A stretch of 64,000 bases of DNA from an archaeon (GCA_018657525.1 JABHWZ010000004.1:114382-178381), one strand, 5' to 3'; positions 27,749 through 37,623 are shown, numbered from the stretch's first letter. Translations and numbers: made by a program. Notes: generated by a model from the letters alone, not told the origin.

Positions 27749-29443
27749 ATGATATTTAATTCAAATAAGAAGAAAATAATATTAATGTTTTTACTCGGGA
27801 TATTAATCTATACAAATATTATCTCTGCTCAATTAGCAGATTTTGATGGAGTTACGGAAGTTCAAAAAGTTACTTCTTCTCATCCCGACTATGAAGCTAT
27901 TTCTCAACAGTATGCTTTAGAGGCTTACCAAGCTTATGAGATAACATATAGGATTAGAAGGGGTTGGAATTTCTTACCCTTTTCATTACTTGATGGAAGA
28001 GATTCCGTAACTGGAAAAGCTTCTTGTTGGAAACAAAATGATCAGAGCGGAGATTTTGGAGCAACGGTGTTAGAATATATTTATCTCTATGAACCCAACG
28101 CTTCAATACTTCCAAACAATAAATTGGGTTATTATGTAGGTGGATATGTAGAAGAATGGAAAGAGGAACCTCTAAAGAGTTATCAAAAAGATTTAAGAGG
28201 AATACCTGAGCCAAATTCAAAGATGACTTTACCTATTAATTGGGTTTATTCTCCAATAGACTGCGAATTTAAATTTTATACTGGGTGGCTAGACGAAGTT
28301 AATTACGAGGAGACTAGCAATTTTATAAAAGAAGGAAACTTAAATTTAACTCTCGAAAAAGGTTGGCAAGTTATTTTGCAATTATTTCCGGGGTTTTCTT
28401 GGAATGAAATAAAAGGAGATTGTATTATAGAAGAGATTAATTTTTGGCAACCAGATGTTCAAGTATATTCTCTTCTTCCTGAAGATTCGGCAACATTTAC
28501 AAGTTCTTTTTTAGATCGTGTTGTGGGCATTGAAGATTATTTTAAACCAATTATGATGAAAATTAAAGACTCTTGTACGTTGGGAAAAACAATTAACTAT
28601 TCCTGCGAAAAAGTTATAGATAATGGAGATTCTTCACAAAAAATAGATTTACTATATATACCCGATGCATATAATAATTTATCTTTATGGGCAGAAGATG
28701 TTGATAGTATTAATGAAGAATTTTTTTCAATTGAACCTATGAAATCAAATAAAAATAAATTTAATGTTTGGAGGGTAGATCTGCTTGGCGATAACCTGGA
28801 GAGGGATTTTGAAATTGGGGGATTTTCCTATAGATCTCAAGCTAAGATTAAAGAAATCCAGAGAAATTGTGTGGAATTAAATGAAGATTTTGATATTTCT
28901 TTAGTTGTTGATTCTGGAACGGTTAATCTTGGATCTGAGGGGGGGAGAACAATTTATTCTTCAAGAACAAGATTGATCGACGGAGAAGAATTGATTGCTT
29001 GGAGAACTTTAGTTCATGAATTTGGCCATTTTATAGCAAATTTAGGAGATGAATATGAAAATTCTATAAGCGTTAGGGATTTCTCTGATAGACCAAATAT
29101 TGATAAAGAAGGATGTCCAAAATGGTGTTCTGGTGAATTAAATACTAATGCTTCTTGTTATAATGACTATATTTCCTTTAAAACTTGTTTATATAACGTT
29201 ACTGATAATTTAACATCACAATATAAGGGTGAATGTAATTATCATTATTCATTACCTCTTTGCAATTTGGGAGTTGGTTGTAGAGATGAAACAGGTTGTT
29301 ATTGGAATGCTAAAAGTATAATCTCTTTTAGATCAACTAAGAAGAGTTTTATGAGTAATCCGGACATGGTTACAGAGTTTAATAGTATAAGCCAGGAGGC
29401 CATATTAGAAAAATTAAATCTCTTGGATAATCAAAATGAATAA
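27749..29443 (+). CDS. Secreted zinc metallopeptidase, M64-like
   Basis: Signal peptide; KIDLLYIPDAY, HEFGHFIANLGDEY, PNID, SFM Met-turn; LEKGW-type surface repeats. Confidence 0.8.
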   Translation: MIFNSNKKKIILMFLLGILIYTNIISAQLADFDGVTEVQKVTSSHPDYEAISQQYALEAYQAYEITYRIRRGWNFLPFSLLDGRDSVTGKASCWKQNDQSGDFGATVLEYIYLYEPNASILPNNKLGYYVGGYVEEWKEEPLKSYQKDLRGIPEPNSKMTLPINWVYSPIDCEFKFYTGWLDEVNYEETSNFIKEGNLNLTLEKGWQVILQLFPGFSWNEIKGDCIIEEINFWQPDVQVYSLLPEDSATFTSSFLDRVVGIEDYFKPIMMKIKDSCTLGKTINYSCEKVIDNGDSSQKIDLLYIPDAYNNLSLWAEDVDSINEEFFSIEPMKSNKNKFNVWRVDLLGDNLERDFEIGGFSYRSQAKIKEIQRNCVELNEDFDISLVVDSGTVNLGSEGGRTIYSSRTRLIDGEELIAWRTLVHEFGHFIANLGDEYENSISVRDFSDRPNIDKEGCPKWCSGELNTNASCYNDYISFKTCLYNVTDNLTSQYKGECNYHYSLPLCNLGVGCRDETGCYWNAKSIISFRSTKKSFMSNPDMVTEFNSISQEAILEKLNLLDNQNE

Positions 29444-29588
29444 TAAAAAAGGAATGGGCAGATGGATTTGGGTTATTATAGCTTTAATTTTTATAACTGG
29501 TATTGGAATTTATTTTTGGTTAACTGGCCATCCTCCTGTGCAAGAAATAGAGAATTCTATATCTACTCCTCCCTTGTTACCTTCCTAA
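29436..29588 (+). CDS. 50-aa membrane peptide with a class III-like N-terminus
   Basis: Hand translation MNNKKGMGRWIWVIIALIFITGIGIYFWLTG...PPLLPS; overlaps the peptidase stop. Confidence 0.55.
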   Translation: MNNKKGMGRWIWVIIALIFITGIGIYFWLTGHPPVQEIENSISTPPLLPS

Positions 29589-29841
29589 AAAATAAGTCGA
29601 TTGTTTAATTTTGAAAATACCTATGTAAAAACACCCAATTTCCGAAGGGTAGATTGTCTCACGGGGCAGAGTTTAATATTTATTACTTTAATATTTATTT
29701 CTTTGTTTTTGAATTTGGTTTTTTATCCTTTATTAAATAGAAAATCTAACCCCAGTTTTGTCCAGTCAAATGATTTGAAATTTTTTGTTCATGAGTAAAT
29801 GGTTTAGGATAGCTTCGATAAACACCTTAGAGATGTTCCCT

Positions 29842-29931
29842 CCGCCCACGACCCTAGTCGAGCATCCTAAGGTGATGTCGTGTTTGTTTGCTTTATGTTA
29901 ATTGGTGGCTTTTGTTTTTAAGTCTTGTCGA
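29842..29931. repeat. 90-bp direct repeat, copy 2
   Basis: See 27065-27154. Confidence 0.9.
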
Positions 29932-29965
29932 CTACGGGAGGGTGACGGAGAAAAATAAGATGCAT

Positions 29966-30487
29966 TTATTCTTCCAGTATATTTTCTATTAATGTTAAAA
30001 ATTCCTTAGCCCTTTCTAAGGAAGTTTGAGCCTTCGATTTTTTAATATTTTCAGTAGTCTCATATTGAAATGTAGATCTTTTAACTTTTTCAAAACCATA
30101 TTTTGTCAAATAATTATCACTAACAGATAAAGCTTCATCTTTTCCTATCTCATAAGCTTTCAAAAGATGATTTTTTATTTTATGTCTTCCTTGCACTATT
30201 AATGCTTCGTTTATTACTTGATGTACAATTTCGTGTCTCGTTTTATATCCTAACTTGTATAAATATGCGCAAGCAATATAAAACATAGAATAATAACTGC
30301 TTACAACTACCCATAACGAAGAAGAAACATTTTTGAATAATAGGTTAGCTACACTCAAACTTTCTCTTGCATTTTTCAAATAAGTTTCATAAATCAGGGG
30401 ATTTTGCTTATCTACATTTATTATCTTCCCATCTTTTAAATAATTTTTGAAATTATCTTCCGCTTGTTTTATTCTTTTTTCATCCAT
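29966..30487 (-). CDS. HEPN-domain protein (UPF0332-like), partner of the MNT
   Basis: SYYSMFY, H, RSTFQY (R-x4-Y). Confidence 0.8.
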   Translation of the reverse strand: MDEKRIKQAEDNFKNYLKDGKIINVDKQNPLIYETYLKNARESLSVANLLFKNVSSSLWVVVSSYYSMFYIACAYLYKLGYKTRHEIVHQVINEALIVQGRHKIKNHLLKAYEIGKDEALSVSDNYLTKYGFEKVKRSTFQYETTENIKKSKAQTSLERAKEFLTLIENILEE

Positions 30488-31065
30488 TCTGAAATTAAAT
30501 TATAGTAATTCTCTTTCCCATAAAGTATAATATTGTTTTTAATTATTTCGTTACCAAGATTATTTCCTTTCTTTTCTATCATTGAGGTGAATTCTTTTGA
30601 GGTGAATTCTTGTATTTCTAAGTTCAAAGATAATAGGCTCAATTTCTCATTTAATATTTCGGATTTGGATTTATTATCTAAAATTATACAGATATCAATG
30701 TCTGAATTCTTTGTGTTGGTTTTCTTGATGTATGAACCAAATGCCAATACAGTTAGAAATGGGTAGCTTAATTCTTTGATATATTTTCTTATAACTTTTA
30801 AATTTAAATTTTTCGAAAAAAATTCTTCAGTTCTTTTCTCTTCTATCGAAAGAGTTTCTATATTGTTATTTTGATTAAATTCGATAAGATAGGAGTTTCC
30901 CTGCTTGCTTTTTAAATATGTTTTAGGATTTATTTTAGAGAGTGCTTGAGAAGTGTTTTTATAATCTGTTTTTAATTTTTTAGAAATCTCCATTATAGAG
31001 TGGGGGGATTCTTTGTTTTCAATTAAAAATTTCAATATTTTTTCTTTTAGGGTGTATTTTACCAT
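30469..31065 (-). CDS. HTH plus minimal nucleotidyltransferase (MNT antitoxin-like)
   Basis: N-terminal HTH; AFGSY...SDIDIC; overlaps the HEPN gene. Confidence 0.85.
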   Translation of the reverse strand: MVKYTLKEKILKFLIENKESPHSIMEISKKLKTDYKNTSQALSKINPKTYLKSKQGNSYLIEFNQNNNIETLSIEEKRTEEFFSKNLNLKVIRKYIKELSYPFLTVLAFGSYIKKTNTKNSDIDICIILDNKSKSEILNEKLSLLSLNLEIQEFTSKEFTSMIEKKGNNLGNEIIKNNIILYGKENYYNLISEWMKKE

Positions 31066-31077
31066 AGTGTTATGGTA
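31060..31077. promoter_or_regulatory. Palindrome over the MNT start codon (putative autorepression operator)
   Basis: TACCATA-GTGT-TATGGTA. Confidence 0.5.
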
Positions 31078-31277
31078 TGCAATACCTTATTTAAATCTTG
31101 TGTTTGTATGGATCTCTCTTCATGTTCTAAAGAGCAAACATTATTTATTAACACCGAGGTTTTACATGGGTAACTTATGGGTGCCTTGCAGGTGTCGTTT
31201 AGAAGTCGGAGTGTTTTTCTTCTTCTCAGAAGCCCATCAAATATGCGTTGAATGGGTTACGCCCCCACCGCGCTTCT

Positions 31278-31577
31278 TTAATCTTTAAATATTTCCACAA
31301 CAACCTCAGGATTTTTTTCATTTCCAAATTTAACTTGATATTTTGTTTTGTTCTTTCTATAATGTTCAAAAGATATCCATCCCATAGGTTTATCTTGCCC
31401 TCTAAGAACAGGGATGTGGTCTTTAGAAGGAGCTGCAAATATTCCTTCGCCTTTTAGACTAACAATCATAGATTCAAATCCTGGAGGTTCTCCATCAATC
31501 TCTTTTCTATCAATCTTTTTTTTTCCATCATAAATATCCCAGTGACTGTTTTCTCTATCTTTTTTTATAGTATGCAT
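31278..31577 (-). CDS. Hypothetical protein
   Basis: ORF track. Confidence 0.5.
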   Translation of the reverse strand: MHTIKKDRENSHWDIYDGKKKIDRKEIDGEPPGFESMIVSLKGEGIFAAPSKDHIPVLRGQDKPMGWISFEHYRKNKTKYQVKFGNEKNPEVVVEIFKD

Positions 31578-31740
31578 TCCAGAACCAATAGTCCCTGAAG
31601 GGATTTGAGGGACATTCTTCCACCATGTATCATTACTATTAGTATGTCTAATTTGTTTATAAGGGATATCATCAATGATAATATTAATTTTTCCTGTTTT
31701 TTGCCCATTTCTCTCTGTCCACCTGATGATCTTCCCATAA

Positions 31741-31941
31741 CTATTTTACCCAAATACTTTGAATCAAAAGCTTCGCACCATAAAAAAAAGTAAATATTAC
31801 TGCAATAACTAATCCAAACCACATTACGTCAGGAGTAATAAAACCAAGATATTTTTGATCTACAATTTGCTTAGTAAGATTAGTAAAAATTAATGCAAAG
31901 CCAATCAAAGTAAGTCCATCAATAAAATCTTTTCTATTCAT
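31741..31941 (-). CDS. Small two-TM protein
   Basis: Hydrophobic ORF. Confidence 0.55.
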   Translation of the reverse strand: MNRKDFIDGLTLIGFALIFTNLTKQIVDQKYLGFITPDVMWFGLVIAVIFTFFYGAKLLIQSIWVK

Positions 31942-31975
31942 AATCTCCCTAAGATTCTTTTGCTTAAATACATTT

Positions 31976-32257
31976 CTATTCCAAAAGAGACTTCCAAGAG
32001 TCTTTATTTGGAGATTTTAACATAAATCCCAAATAGATTAAACCAAAACCCCCCAAAGCAAAAAGAAAAAAACCAAACTGACTAAGCGCTGAAAGGGTAT
32101 GATTAACAAAATCAAGACGAAAAGGAACTGATTCTAAATCTTCAAAAGTCATCTTAATAAACAAAAAAATCTTTTCTACAAATCTAGTCAAAAAAACAGC
32201 CCCCATAATGATTAATACTTCTCCTAAAAGTTTATCTGATTGATCTTCTTTACTCAT
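31976..32257 (-). CDS. Small two-TM protein
   Basis: Hydrophobic ORF. Confidence 0.55.
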   Translation of the reverse strand: MSKEDQSDKLLGEVLIIMGAVFLTRFVEKIFLFIKMTFEDLESVPFRLDFVNHTLSALSQFGFFLFALGGFGLIYLGFMLKSPNKDSWKSLLE

Positions 32258-32631
32258 TTTAAAATCCTAATACTCCGATTATTAAAACTATAATTAAAAC
32301 CAATTCTCCAAATCTCATCCAAAATCAACTCCTCGAAAATGCTTAAGCATAATTTCCCTAAAACTCCTTACTTTTAAAGCTTTATTGTTTTATCTTTTCC
32401 TACAAAAATTATAAAAAGAATAAAGAATTATAATTAATAGTCTTTATTGGTAAAGTTGTTTTTCGCTATTTTTTACCTCCAAGGAGAAGAAATGAAGACG
32501 AAAAACAGGGGATGGAATAAGATCTTAACGATTCTATCTATTCTCGAGAAAGTTGTGAGCTTAATTGCTCACTTCTTCTTTTATTTTTTTATCATACAAA
32601 TCTATTTAAATATCCCAATAATAAAAAATAA

Positions 32632-32835
32632 ATGGAAAAAACAATAAAAAAGAAACTAGAAATGGAATTTGCTAACACCCTTTTAATTATAACCGCTTCT
32701 TCTTTTGGGGCAGTATTTGGAGTAGTATTAAGTAGAAATAATCCCATTAATCTTCCTTGGTACGCCTCAGCTTTGGGTCTAACCTTTGCAGGAGCTATAA
32801 TTTTCAAAATAGTAACTATTATAGAACAAAACTAA
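32632..32835 (+). CDS. Small two-TM protein
   Basis: Hydrophobic ORF. Confidence 0.5.
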   Translation: MEKTIKKKLEMEFANTLLIITASSFGAVFGVVLSRNNPINLPWYASALGLTFAGAIIFKIVTIIEQN

Positions 32836-32882
32836 AAAAAATACCCCAATAATTATTCTTATTAAATCTCTTAAAATTATTT

Positions 32883-33788
32883 TCAAGCCTTAACAGAATC
32901 TTCTGATACCTGATGCACTGTTTCTGCTTCTTTAGCCGGAGCAGTTTGTTGACTAGCTTTTTGTTTAGCTATCTCATTTTTACTATTAGAAATATTCCCA
33001 TTCAATTCTTTAAGCTCCTTTTGCTTTTGGTCTATCTCTGCTTGCAAATCAGCAATTTTATCTTTATTCTTGATAGCATCAATCTTCGCCTGAGCCTGCT
33101 TTAGCTCTTCTTCCGCACCTTTTAACTCTTCATCTTTTGCTGACGCTTGTGCTTGCTGGGCTTTTAAATCGCTCAACTTTGTAACCTTAATTTCTTTAGG
33201 ACTTTTATTCTTTTTTCTTTTAAATAACCAAATTACTAAAACCAAGATTATTAATCCTAAAACTCCCCCTCCCACATAATACATAATCTTATTACTAGGC
33301 ACTAAATCAGAAATAGCAAACCCACTAATGCCTGATGATTCATCTTCATTATCAACTTCTGTTTCATTCGTCGTAACGTTTGCATCAACTTCTAATTCCT
33401 CGTCGCCAATTTCACTCTCATTTATTTCAGGAGTTGGAATTAATTCAAAACTATCTGGAGCAACCTCCAAAGAAATATCTTCTCCAGGCTCAAATTCTTT
33501 AGTAAATTTTTTAGACATCACTTTTTCATGTTCAAGTGTTTTAATAAACACAATTATATTAAATTCTTCGTCAACTGAATAATTAAAATAAACATCCCCG
33601 AATTGATTTGAAATTCCAATGAATTGTTCGTATGAATGAAAATTTGACGACTTGGGATCAAACGCAGTCGCCTGCACCTCATGCAATGGCAGCGTCTTAA
33701 TTTTGACTCGAGTATCAACTGCACTAATAAAACCAACTAAAAATATCAACAATACGAATATTGCAAACCCTCTTTTTTTTATCATCAT
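32883..33788 (-). CDS. Type I membrane protein with cytoplasmic coiled coil
   Basis: Signal peptide, beta ectodomain, acidic linker, TM, heptad-rich tail. Confidence 0.75.
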   Translation of the reverse strand: MMIKKRGFAIFVLLIFLVGFISAVDTRVKIKTLPLHEVQATAFDPKSSNFHSYEQFIGISNQFGDVYFNYSVDEEFNIIVFIKTLEHEKVMSKKFTKEFEPGEDISLEVAPDSFELIPTPEINESEIGDEELEVDANVTTNETEVDNEDESSGISGFAISDLVPSNKIMYYVGGGVLGLIILVLVIWLFKRKKNKSPKEIKVTKLSDLKAQQAQASAKDEELKGAEEELKQAQAKIDAIKNKDKIADLQAEIDQKQKELKELNGNISNSKNEIAKQKASQQTAPAKEAETVHQVSEDSVKA

Positions 33789-33937
33789 ATTTTTTCCGTG
33801 CCTCATAATTCCAAGATGCAAAGATATATTAATTAAATTTTTCGCATTTATAAATATTGCTCTACTCTGGCGAAATGTTTAAAAACTAAGATTTCTGTAT
33901 GAAATTAGAACCAAAGGTTCTAAAACGAGGTTACAAA

Positions 33938-34018
33938 ATGACAGACGAGATGGAATTTCTTGAAAACGAGGACTCTTTCGAAGAGGATCTAGACTCTTTA
34001 GATTTAGATAGCGATTAG
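33938..34018 (+). CDS. 26-aa hyperacidic micropeptide
   Basis: MTDEMEFLENEDSFEEDLDSLDLDSD, preceded by GAGGT SD, a leader hairpin and a TTTAAAAA box. Confidence 0.5.
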   Translation: MTDEMEFLENEDSFEEDLDSLDLDSD

Positions 34019-34962
34019 TCATCGCCAATTTTTATTTCTATTTTATTATTTTTTTTATCCAACTCAGAAAACTCTGTCCTAATTTCATATTCTATTTCAT
34101 CAATTCTTAACTGAGAAATCCAAATATTTGAAAACATTAAAACTCGACCATAACCCATTTGCATTGATTCAATCTCCACCTCTTCAATTTGTTTTCCATC
34201 TACAAAAATAATTAGTTTAGAATCTGACGCATCTTTCAATCCAATATTTCGAATACTAATATTTGTACTTAAGTATTTCCCCTCGAGATTTGCACTTACT
34301 TTTTCAATTAACAAATCTGGCAAACTTTCAGCCACATAAACATTATCTATCAACTCGAAAATATCTGGCCCAATTATTTGATCACAATTTGTAATGTTAT
34401 ACATAATATTATTTCTGTTCAAAGAATGTTCAAATCCCAAAACATGAAGCAACTCATGAATTGCAATGTTTGGATTCTTGCAATTTGATTCTTTTATCAA
34501 ACGAATTTGCCCGTGTTGAATTATATTAAATTCCCCTCCTTGAGTTATGTTTGTTGGGCCCCCTTCCCCCGCAATAAAAAGCCCCCCATTCATTTCTCGC
34601 GTTTCATCACAAATAATCAAAATATCTTCGTCATCTAAAACTTCATAAAATTCTAAAACAGTATCACCCTCGATAAATTCAAAAGCCTGTTTCATATTGT
34701 AAGTTTTCTGCAAAGAACAATCATCAATTTTATAAGAAATTTTTTTCTCAGGAAAACGCATATTTTCATAAAACTGCATACTTGCAGAAACCCCTAAACT
34801 AAAATTTGAATGTGCAGGAACATTTTCAAAATAAACTCCGCCCCGAGGCACAAACCAATAAAAAGTCAAAAGCCCAAACACTAAAATCAAAAATAAAAGT
34901 CCCAACACAATCTTCAACCCGCTTTTTTTCTCCTCTTCCTCGTAATCATATTTAATAAACAT
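34015..34962 (-). CDS. Matrixin-family metalloprotease with C-terminal CARDB-like domain
   Basis: HELLHVLGFEH, IMY Met-turn; LPDL...NIG...ELDKKNN; N-terminal TM. Confidence 0.88.
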   Translation of the reverse strand: MFIKYDYEEEEKKSGLKIVLGLLFLILVFGLLTFYWFVPRGGVYFENVPAHSNFSLGVSASMQFYENMRFPEKKISYKIDDCSLQKTYNMKQAFEFIEGDTVLEFYEVLDDEDILIICDETREMNGGLFIAGEGGPTNITQGGEFNIIQHGQIRLIKESNCKNPNIAIHELLHVLGFEHSLNRNNIMYNITNCDQIIGPDIFELIDNVYVAESLPDLLIEKVSANLEGKYLSTNISIRNIGLKDASDSKLIIFVDGKQIEEVEIESMQMGYGRVLMFSNIWISQLRIDEIEYEIRTEFSELDKKNNKIEIKIGDD

Positions 34963-35009
34963 AGTTAACAAAATGAAGTTGAGTTTTTATATTTGATGTT
35001 TACAAAAAA

Positions 35010-35768
35010 TTATTTCCCATAATTAACTCGGATAGTTTTAGATTGAGTCATATTTCCACCTTTATCAGTTGCTCTAGCAAAATAGGTATGCTTTCCTTTT
35101 CTTCCAAGTTTTCTTAAATCTAATTCCCCTCTCCAACGTCCCTTATCCCCAAAATAAGAATCTGTTTTAAAAAATTCACTATCTAAAACCTTTCCATCCT
35201 CATATAAAATTAAATCTTCAATTCCAGCATTATCTCCAGAATCATCTGCATTCAACATTAATTTTTTAGAATCAATAAGATAAATTCCAAGACCCCCTAG
35301 AAATTCCGGGGGCAAATCTAATTCTTTTCCAGTAAATTCTAATTTCAAATCCTTAGATCTTCCCTTTTCCCCATCTTTATCAATTGCCACAACATGGTGA
35401 ATATGTTTTCCAGGTGTTGTTTTCTTTAAATAAAACACAGCATGAGGACTAGTACACCCTCCGGTTTTTTTTGAATCAATAAGTTCGCCATCTTCATAAA
35501 GTTCCATCTCAACAATTCCCAAGTTACTCCCCTCATCAAATGCATTTGATCTAATTTCTGCACTTATTCCTGTCTTCCCCCTAGGATTTGAATAAATCCC
35601 AGTTATACCCCTGAATTTCGGAGCAGTCAAAGAAGGTTTAGTCAAATCATACTCAACAATTTCTTCTTTTTGCACTGATTCTTTTTTATCTACTTCTGCA
35701 AGCTTTTCTCCTCCAAAAACTCCCCAAACTAATCCTCCTGCCAAAAGTAATGATTTTAATGTTTTCAT
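35010..35768 (-). CDS. Exported Ig-like repeat protein (tandem paralog 1)
   Basis: Two LYEDG...GKHTY.A.A.D..GN repeats; shares N- and C-termini with 35808-36488. Confidence 0.75.
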   Translation of the reverse strand: MKTLKSLLLAGGLVWGVFGGEKLAEVDKKESVQKEEIVEYDLTKPSLTAPKFRGITGIYSNPRGKTGISAEIRSNAFDEGSNLGIVEMELYEDGELIDSKKTGGCTSPHAVFYLKKTTPGKHIHHVVAIDKDGEKGRSKDLKLEFTGKELDLPPEFLGGLGIYLIDSKKLMLNADDSGDNAGIEDLILYEDGKVLDSEFFKTDSYFGDKGRWRGELDLRKLGRKGKHTYFARATDKGGNMTQSKTIRVNYGK

Positions 35769-35807
35769 AAACACTTTTACTATTTCTAATTTATAAAGAT
35801 TTAGATA

Positions 35808-36488
35808 TTATTTCCCGTAATTAACTCGGATAATTTTTGAACGAGCAACATTTCCGCCTTTATCAACTGCTTCCGCAAAATAAGTATGCTTTCCTTTTCG
35901 TTTTAAATTTCTTAAATTTTCTACAAAAGAAGAACTTGGAAAATCTTTAAATTTTTTTCCATCTTCATACAAAACTGTTTTTTCTATTCCCTTATTATCT
36001 CCATAATCATTACCATTAAAAATTAACTCATCATCATGCATTGAAAACCAACTGATTATTGGGGGCAAGTCTAGGTCTCTCCCAGTAAATTCTAATTCTA
36101 ACTTTTTAGATCTCCCTTGATTCCCATCTTTATCGATTGCGACAACATGATAAGTATGCACTCCAAGTTTTATCTTTTTGAGAGAAAATTTTACTGAGGG
36201 ATTCTTTCCTTCTACTTTTTTTGAAGCAATAGGCATAGGTTTCTCGTCCTCATACAAATCAATTTCAACAATTCCCGCATTATAGCCCTCATCCTTCGGA
36301 GAAACATAAATTTCTGCAGTTTTCCCTATTTTTTTTTGAGGCCTTGAAAAAAAACTTCCAGTATTATCAAATTTCGGAGAAATTAGGGAAAGTTTTGAGA
36401 TATCGAATTCTTCAACTTTATCCCCACAACCACTTAAAAGTACACTAGCTAATCCTCCCGCCAAAAGTAATGATTTTAATGTTTTCAT
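35808..36488 (-). CDS. Lipoprotein with Ig-like repeats (tandem paralog 2)
   Basis: LLSGC lipobox; same repeats. Confidence 0.75.
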   Translation of the reverse strand: MKTLKSLLLAGGLASVLLSGCGDKVEEFDISKLSLISPKFDNTGSFFSRPQKKIGKTAEIYVSPKDEGYNAGIVEIDLYEDEKPMPIASKKVEGKNPSVKFSLKKIKLGVHTYHVVAIDKDGNQGRSKKLELEFTGRDLDLPPIISWFSMHDDELIFNGNDYGDNKGIEKTVLYEDGKKFKDFPSSSFVENLRNLKRKGKHTYFAEAVDKGGNVARSKIIRVNYGK

Positions 36489-36548
36489 AAATTTATTTAC
36501 CTATATTTACTTATAAAGATTTAGATATTATTTCCCGTAAATAACTAT

Positions 36549-36875
36549 TCAAAACAAAGGACCCTTCAAAATATTTCCAGATTCTTTTAATACTAATTTA
36601 TTTAATTCTTGAACAAGCCCTCTTGACAATTCACTAAATTCCTCTGCCTGTCTTAGCAAATTTTGTTTTCTTTCTGTATCCCTTGTTTGATTTGCAGAAT
36701 CTCTAGCTAATTTTATTACTTTTCCAAGAACTTGATTTAACTCAAATCCAGATTCATAAATTCTATCTTTAAACTCACTCGCATCTTTTAAACGTCCATC
36801 CCTCATTGCTTCCCTATAAAGTGCACAATATCCCTTGAAGTCTAACTCAACTTGCCCATATTCATCAGATAACAT
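36549..36875 (-). CDS. Hypothetical helical protein
   Basis: ORF track. Confidence 0.55.
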   Translation of the reverse strand: MLSDEYGQVELDFKGYCALYREAMRDGRLKDASEFKDRIYESGFELNQVLGKVIKLARDSANQTRDTERKQNLLRQAEEFSELSRGLVQELNKLVLKESGNILKGPLF

Positions 36876-36905
36876 AAAATAGTAAGTCCCTTCAAAATTA
36901 TAAAC

Positions 36906-37211
36906 TTATCTATTTTCTAACGCGCCATCACGCAGAAGTAAATTTAAACCCTTTTCATTAAGCCTAATTCCAACTTCAATTGCATCTAAATTTTTAAGAA
37001 TTGATAACAATCTACATTTCTTTTCAGTAGATCTCAGTTCTTTGATTCTCATTTTCCATAATTCCAAACCCATATTATTGAACTCAAAAAGAGAATCGTA
37101 TGTATCTTGCACAATTCCTTTTACCATTTTTCCTTCACTAATCATCTGTTCATATAAATCCCTCTGACGTTGAAAGTTATCGAAAGCTTTTTGATATTCT
37201 TCCCTATCCAT
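36906..37211 (-). CDS. Hypothetical helical protein
   Basis: ORF track. Confidence 0.55.
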   Translation of the reverse strand: MDREEYQKAFDNFQRQRDLYEQMISEGKMVKGIVQDTYDSLFEFNNMGLELWKMRIKELRSTEKKCRLLSILKNLDAIEVGIRLNEKGLNLLLRDGALENR

Positions 37212-37359
37212 AAAAAAACTAAAAATAAACTAATTATAAAACTATCTATTTTAACATTCCATAAAAAGAAACACATTTAACAATAATCCCATTCCAAACA
37301 TTCATTAAAAAAATAAAAAATAAAAAACCCCAATTAAATTGGGGGTGTAATTAGAAAAT

Positions 37360-37623
37360 TTATTCAGCTGCTTCTTCAGCAGGTGCTTCTTCAGCTGATT
37401 CTTCTGAAGCCTCTGATTCATCTTCTGATTCAGTATTTTCTGAAACTTCTTCAGATTCCGCTTCAGCTGCTTCTTCAGCAGGTGCTTCTTCAGCTGCTTC
37501 TGCTTCAACGGCTTCTTCTTTTGCTTCTTCAGTTGCTTCTTCAGCGTCGCCAGTAGCTTCTTCAGATTCCGCTTCAACTACTTCTTCAGTTGCTTCAGTT
37601 TGTGTTTCTTCGTTTTCTTCCAT
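37360..37623 (-). CDS. Glu/Ala-rich acidic low-complexity protein
   Basis: GAGGT SD upstream; AEEAPAEEAAE repeated; downstream CCCCAAT/ATTGGGG hairpin. Confidence 0.7.
   Translation of the reverse strand: MEENEETQTEATEEVVEAESEEATGDAEEATEEAKEEAVEAEAAEEAPAEEAAEAESEEVSENTESEDESEASEESAEEAPAEEAAE

Noticed and set aside
37305-37577. K/L/Q-rich ORF
   Set aside because: Alternative frame of the GAA/GCA repeats; the acidic frame has the SD and ATG.
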